A stretch of DNA of 64,000 nucleotides, taken from contig OZ252244.1 in the NCBI GenBank assembly GCA_965249575.1, positions 1,024,001 to 1,088,000 of the forward strand, in the 5' to 3' direction. The translations under genes were made by a program, and so were the position numbers. Position 1 is the first letter of the stretch. Each line of letters opens with the position of its first letter. Below the pieces are notes generated by a model that was not told the origin of the DNA, did not search any database, and saw only the letters and a program-made list of their open reading frames with translations. This document shows, piece by piece, positions 61,301 to 64,000 of this stretch. The stretch comes from Gemmatimonadales bacterium. Lineage in GTDB: Bacteria; Gemmatimonadota; Gemmatimonadetes; Gemmatimonadales; GWC2-71-9.

Positions 61301-63820
61301 GACGGGGCCGGCAACGGCAACCAGGCGGCGGAGGCCTTCGAATTGGAGACGAAGCTGGCGGTGAGCTACCAGGAGGAGAGCTACACGGCGAGGGAAGGTG
61401 GAGAGACGGTGACGGTGACGGTGAAGCTGAGCCAGGGCTGGGACGAGGAGCTGGTGATCCCGATCCGGGTGAGGCGGCCGGAGACGACGGAAGTCGCCGA
61501 CTATACCCTAGATGGTTTGGAGGAGTGGGATGCCCAGGAGGGCACCGGCCTGCTGACCTTTCCAGCCGAGGAAACGGGACAGACGTTCACGATAGAGGCC
61601 AACCATGACGGGGACGGGGACGACGAGACGGTGGAGCTGGGATTTGGGGACTTGCCGACGGCGGTGATGGCGGGGGACCCAGCCGTGGCGACGGTGACGC
61701 TGGAGGACAAAGGACTGGTGGAGCTGAAGGTGAGCTTTGGGCAGGCGGAGTACGAGATTAGGGAAGGCCAGCAGGCCGACATCGAGGTGAAGGTGGCGCC
61801 GACGGCGGATCGGCGGGTGGAAGTACCGCTGGTGGTGGCGCCTAAAGGAGGGGCCACTGACGAGGACTACAGTGGGGTACCGGTGTCGTTGGTGATCGAG
61901 GAAGGCGAGAGTGAGGGGACGTTTTCCGTGGAGGTGCTGGCGGATGAAGTGAACGATCCTGGGGAGGGGATTGTGCTGAGCTTTGGAGAGTTGCCGGAGG
62001 CGGTCAGTGAAGGAGAAATCCCGCAGACAACAGTGAACTTCAGGCAGCGGCGCACGGCGGAGCAGTTCTCGCAAACGCTGGAGGTGGCGCTGGCGGTCTT
62101 AGCACGGTCGACGGCCGCGAGCGCACAGTCAGCCATTGAGGGTCGCTTTGAGCGGCATCGGCAGTGGAGTCGGCTGGGGGCAGCCGGAGGAGCGGTGTCG
62201 ACAGCGCAGCCGGGAAGCGACAATAGCGCCACGGGTCTGGGTGAGGGAGAATCGCAGCGGATAGACAGCGAGAGCCTCGAGGGCGCCGGCAGGCGAAGAG
62301 CTGAAGGGCCGGTAGTGCCGAGCGCTGGGGGCGCGGCCGGGGCCCGAGCAGTGATGGGATCGAGTGGGGAGTCGGGAGACCGGGAAAGTGGCGTGCAGGG
62401 AGCGTGGCTGCAGAACGTCTCGCTGGGTGGATTAGCGGGCCTGTTCGGCTACGGCCAGGGCGATGCGGGCGTCTCGACCGGCTCCGGCATGGGGCCGAGT
62501 GGGACCGGCCCGACTGTCGGGTTGGGAGGGCAGCCAGGTTACGGTCAGAATCGATTCCAGGGTGCGGGGACCAGGGACTCGTCGCTGAGATCGGGATCGG
62601 GCGAGTACTCGGGGAGGAGGAATCGAGAGCTCAACCTTGCGGGAGTGTCCTTCGAGATGCCCTTGGCAGGACAGCAGAAGGGGACGAGCAGGAGCTGGGT
62701 ACCGGCGTTGTGGGGGCAAGGGGACCTGCAGCACTTCAACGGGAACCTGGCGCGGTACGAGATGAGCTATCGAGGAGGTCTCGAGGCCGCCCATGTGGGG
62801 CTGGACCTCTATGCCAACGACAAGGTGCTGACCGGGCTGTCGTTCATGCGCAGCTGGGGGAACATGGATTACAGCGACGATGGGTCCGATGGGGTGTTGA
62901 GGAGTCGCATGAACACGTTTCATCCCTATCTGTACTGGCAGCCGACGAAACGGGTGAGCGTGTGGGGCATGGGAGGCTTGGGACGAGGGCGAGTGGACGT
63001 CAACGAGCCGGGGAGGAGTCACGACTTCGAGGCCGACTTTCGGATGTTCGCCGGGGGATTGAGGACGGTGCTGACGCGGCGAGGCAGCAATGAGTTGGGG
63101 CTGCGGGCGGACGCCTTCTCGGCGCAACTGAGGACCGAAGCCTCCGAAGACATCGCGAAGGTGCGAGGTGAGGCCCACCGGGCGCGGTTGATGCTGGAGT
63201 GGGTGTACACCAAGCAGCTGTCAGTGGGGCGATCCCTGAGCCTGAAGGCGGAGGCCGGCGGGCGTTTCGACGGGGGCGATGCGGAACGGGGCAGCGGCGC
63301 GGAAACAGGATTCCGTCTGGGGTATCTGGATGCGAACAGTGGACTGGACGTGGCCATGTATGGCCGGGTGCTGGTGGTGCACGCAAGCGACTACCGGGAC
63401 TGGGGATTGGGGGTACAGGCGAGCTGGGACCCGGGCGAGAAGCAGCGCGGGCTCCGGGTGGCGGTGACCTCCGCGCGGGGCCAGGATGGAGGCGGCCGAA
63501 CGACGCTATGGAACAACGCTAATATGGTCACGCGCCCGCCGGGGATGGGAGCAATGGGATTGGGTTCCCAGAGCCGGATGGAAAGCGAGGTGGCCTACGG
63601 CGGCCTGAAGGCGCTGGGCTTACCGGGTCTGCTGACGCCCTATAGCCGGCTGCGATGGGCCGGACAGGGCCGGGAGCTGGCCTGGGGGACCGCTTGGAGC
63701 CTGCCTCCACGCTCGCAGCTGGCGCTGCCATTGATGTTGGAATTGGAAGCCTTGAGGCGGGAGAACAGAACGGGTCCGGCTGATCTAGCGGTGCTGGTGC
63801 GAATGTCGATCCCCTTCTGA
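58364..63820 (+). CDS. Large surface adhesin: Ig-like, He_PIG, Calx-beta-like and Big repeats with C-terminal autotransporter-type beta-barrel
   Basis: Signal-like AWLAWPTAAFAQ; repeated T/V-rich beta domains (GLRIDQSTGDISGTPT; VPEGGSASYTVRL; FEVTITFSEPV); beta-barrel region ending in F. Confidence 0.85.
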   Translation: MAMRTVSRPKIIGAISPPPYAQSSPPKPDVEGAQSPPAAHRDDSLATNPSGGLITEDHPPKRRRGGWGRAGVFAVAACLAWLAWPTAAFAQGIGVYSIASNDVVDASEKWAGFTITGGTGTESGVTVTVNVNGTQVGTATSDASGNWVVNVEGDDTGNASFVTTAVSGQYAAATRGTPGSLDFLSHQRSFTPNLKLPLVVNAVTGDDIVNNGTFDIKGNTGTIGLVPVRLNLGGLILITTSEQGDGTWVRIVRESDTDYSHELSVSLSVTATKTGYTDSDAVSRTLTVDMEAPTVSYTAPSSLKVGVEIDPLSPTTSDTDIASYVASSLLTGLRIDQSTGDISGTPTTVNSSKQTSKVTVTDDGGNTAEENIEFPEVVAGTLTVALDAIAGDDYLNASEFSGGGFDITGNTGTTSGASVTVTITGVDPGGNATPQGTLTATSNASGDWVATVPGSAAYIVANAVLTVSVTATKTNFTSVTVTRTLPVDLTPPSVSYTAPSNLTVGVLITPIAPTTSDTDIVSYATSGDSLPLGLGLNGNTGIISGSPRTANPNTQTVGVLVTDDAGNVDRPQITFPAVELASGVMVSETELTVPEGGSASYTVRLDTQPTDDVTITVERVTGDEDLTASPDTLTFTNSNWSVQQTVTVSAAEDDDGAAGTAQFGHKVISPGTVYHGVSTPGLRATEADNDSIGVKVSPTTLSVPEGGSATYTVRLGTKPQFDVTVAATPDQGGDDDLTVAPDTLIFTEATWNTPQTVTVSAAEDDDQVDGVAIFSHSVSSNDENYTNDEITIDPVTATEADDDRDVIKPTAEVQTEASAPVDGAFEVTITFSEPVEGFELEDIRVTNGTASNFIEISPQEYTATITPEGIGEVRVEVPEEVARDGAGNGNRAAEPLVIEAELERPEVTIAGPTEPVGMAGFEVTITFSEPVEGFELEDIRVTNGTASNFIEISPQEYTATITPEGIGEVRVEVPEEVAEDGAGNGNQAAEAFELETKLAVSYQEESYTAREGGETVTVTVKLSQGWDEELVIPIRVRRPETTEVADYTLDGLEEWDAQEGTGLLTFPAEETGQTFTIEANHDGDGDDETVELGFGDLPTAVMAGDPAVATVTLEDKGLVELKVSFGQAEYEIREGQQADIEVKVAPTADRRVEVPLVVAPKGGATDEDYSGVPVSLVIEEGESEGTFSVEVLADEVNDPGEGIVLSFGELPEAVSEGEIPQTTVNFRQRRTAEQFSQTLEVALAVLARSTAASAQSAIEGRFERHRQWSRLGAAGGAVSTAQPGSDNSATGLGEGESQRIDSESLEGAGRRRAEGPVVPSAGGAAGARAVMGSSGESGDRESGVQGAWLQNVSLGGLAGLFGYGQGDAGVSTGSGMGPSGTGPTVGLGGQPGYGQNRFQGAGTRDSSLRSGSGEYSGRRNRELNLAGVSFEMPLAGQQKGTSRSWVPALWGQGDLQHFNGNLARYEMSYRGGLEAAHVGLDLYANDKVLTGLSFMRSWGNMDYSDDGSDGVLRSRMNTFHPYLYWQPTKRVSVWGMGGLGRGRVDVNEPGRSHDFEADFRMFAGGLRTVLTRRGSNELGLRADAFSAQLRTEASEDIAKVRGEAHRARLMLEWVYTKQLSVGRSLSLKAEAGGRFDGGDAERGSGAETGFRLGYLDANSGLDVAMYGRVLVVHASDYRDWGLGVQASWDPGEKQRGLRVAVTSARGQDGGGRTTLWNNANMVTRPPGMGAMGLGSQSRMESEVAYGGLKALGLPGLLTPYSRLRWAGQGRELAWGTAWSLPPRSQLALPLMLELEALRRENRTGPADLAVLVRMSIPF
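60835..61334 (+). repeat. Near-identical ~210-bp intragenic repeats, 288-bp period
   Basis: 60835-61046 versus 61123-61334, with only a few mostly synonymous differences. Confidence 0.9.
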
Positions 63821-64000
63821 GGAACTGACCCCGAGCAGTGGGTCAACCCCCTGCCCGTCCCTACAAGCGGCCCGCCGTCAGCACCAGGGTGAACGACGAC
63901 CCGGATATCCTGGCTCCGACGTTGGAGAATGGACCATTCTGACCGGAAGGACGGAATGGAGTGGACCCCTGAGGCGAGGCCAAGAAATTAGGGACGTGTT

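Larger units (their letters stand above)
54624..64000. mobile_element. Decayed serine-recombinase island downstream of tRNA-Asn (right end not located)
   Basis: DUF2924-recombinase-hypothetical module, LexA and HsdM fragments; abrupt end of core genes at the tRNA. Confidence 0.65.

Noticed and set aside
60835..61334. Diversity-generating retroelement TR/VR pair
   Set aside because: Both copies are in-frame coding domains, the differences are mostly synonymous and not adenine-specific, and no reverse transcriptase is present.

Overview
GC-rich bacterial chromosome segment. Gene content and order suggest Gemmatimonadota (inference). It has three parts. (1) 1-14.7 kb is an accessory region. Two secreted-protein genes are followed by a decayed tandem array of tyrosine-integrase elements inserted at the 3' end of tRNA-Ile(GAT), with a 45-bp att repeat at 6271/14605 and an older degenerate copy at 5601. 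The cargo is mostly signalling genes (HDOD, DUF4440, Ser/Thr kinase-TPR). The best candidate for a new system is inside this island: five same-orientation copies of a ~28-35 bp pseudo-palindromic site (YYGGTACCAT-N6-RCGGTAA..GTACCTG). They sit at cargo junctions, are accompanied by a GTTC-N4-GAAC motif, and copies with matching 6-bp spacers bracket gene modules, which suggests a cassette-capture system. (2) 15-54.6 kb is core genome: typA, hisD, CBS/hemolysin, pdxA, two PPIases, mfd, BatA/DUF58, DUF4384, M28 peptidase, lepA, GT9, ROK, PfkB, an HATPase/STAS-like pair, a trans-sulfuration enzyme, ftsEX-envC, MerR-like, pcm, nfo, pckA, HD hydrolase, PP2C, FHA, uvrA, polysaccharide export and tRNA-Asn. 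(3) 54.6-64 kb is a second decayed island (DUF2924, serine recombinase, LexA and HsdM fragments) followed by an 1818-aa Ig/Calx-beta autotransporter-type adhesin. Many single-base frameshifts at homopolymers suggest long-read consensus errors. Protein family calls come from recognised motifs, not database searches.
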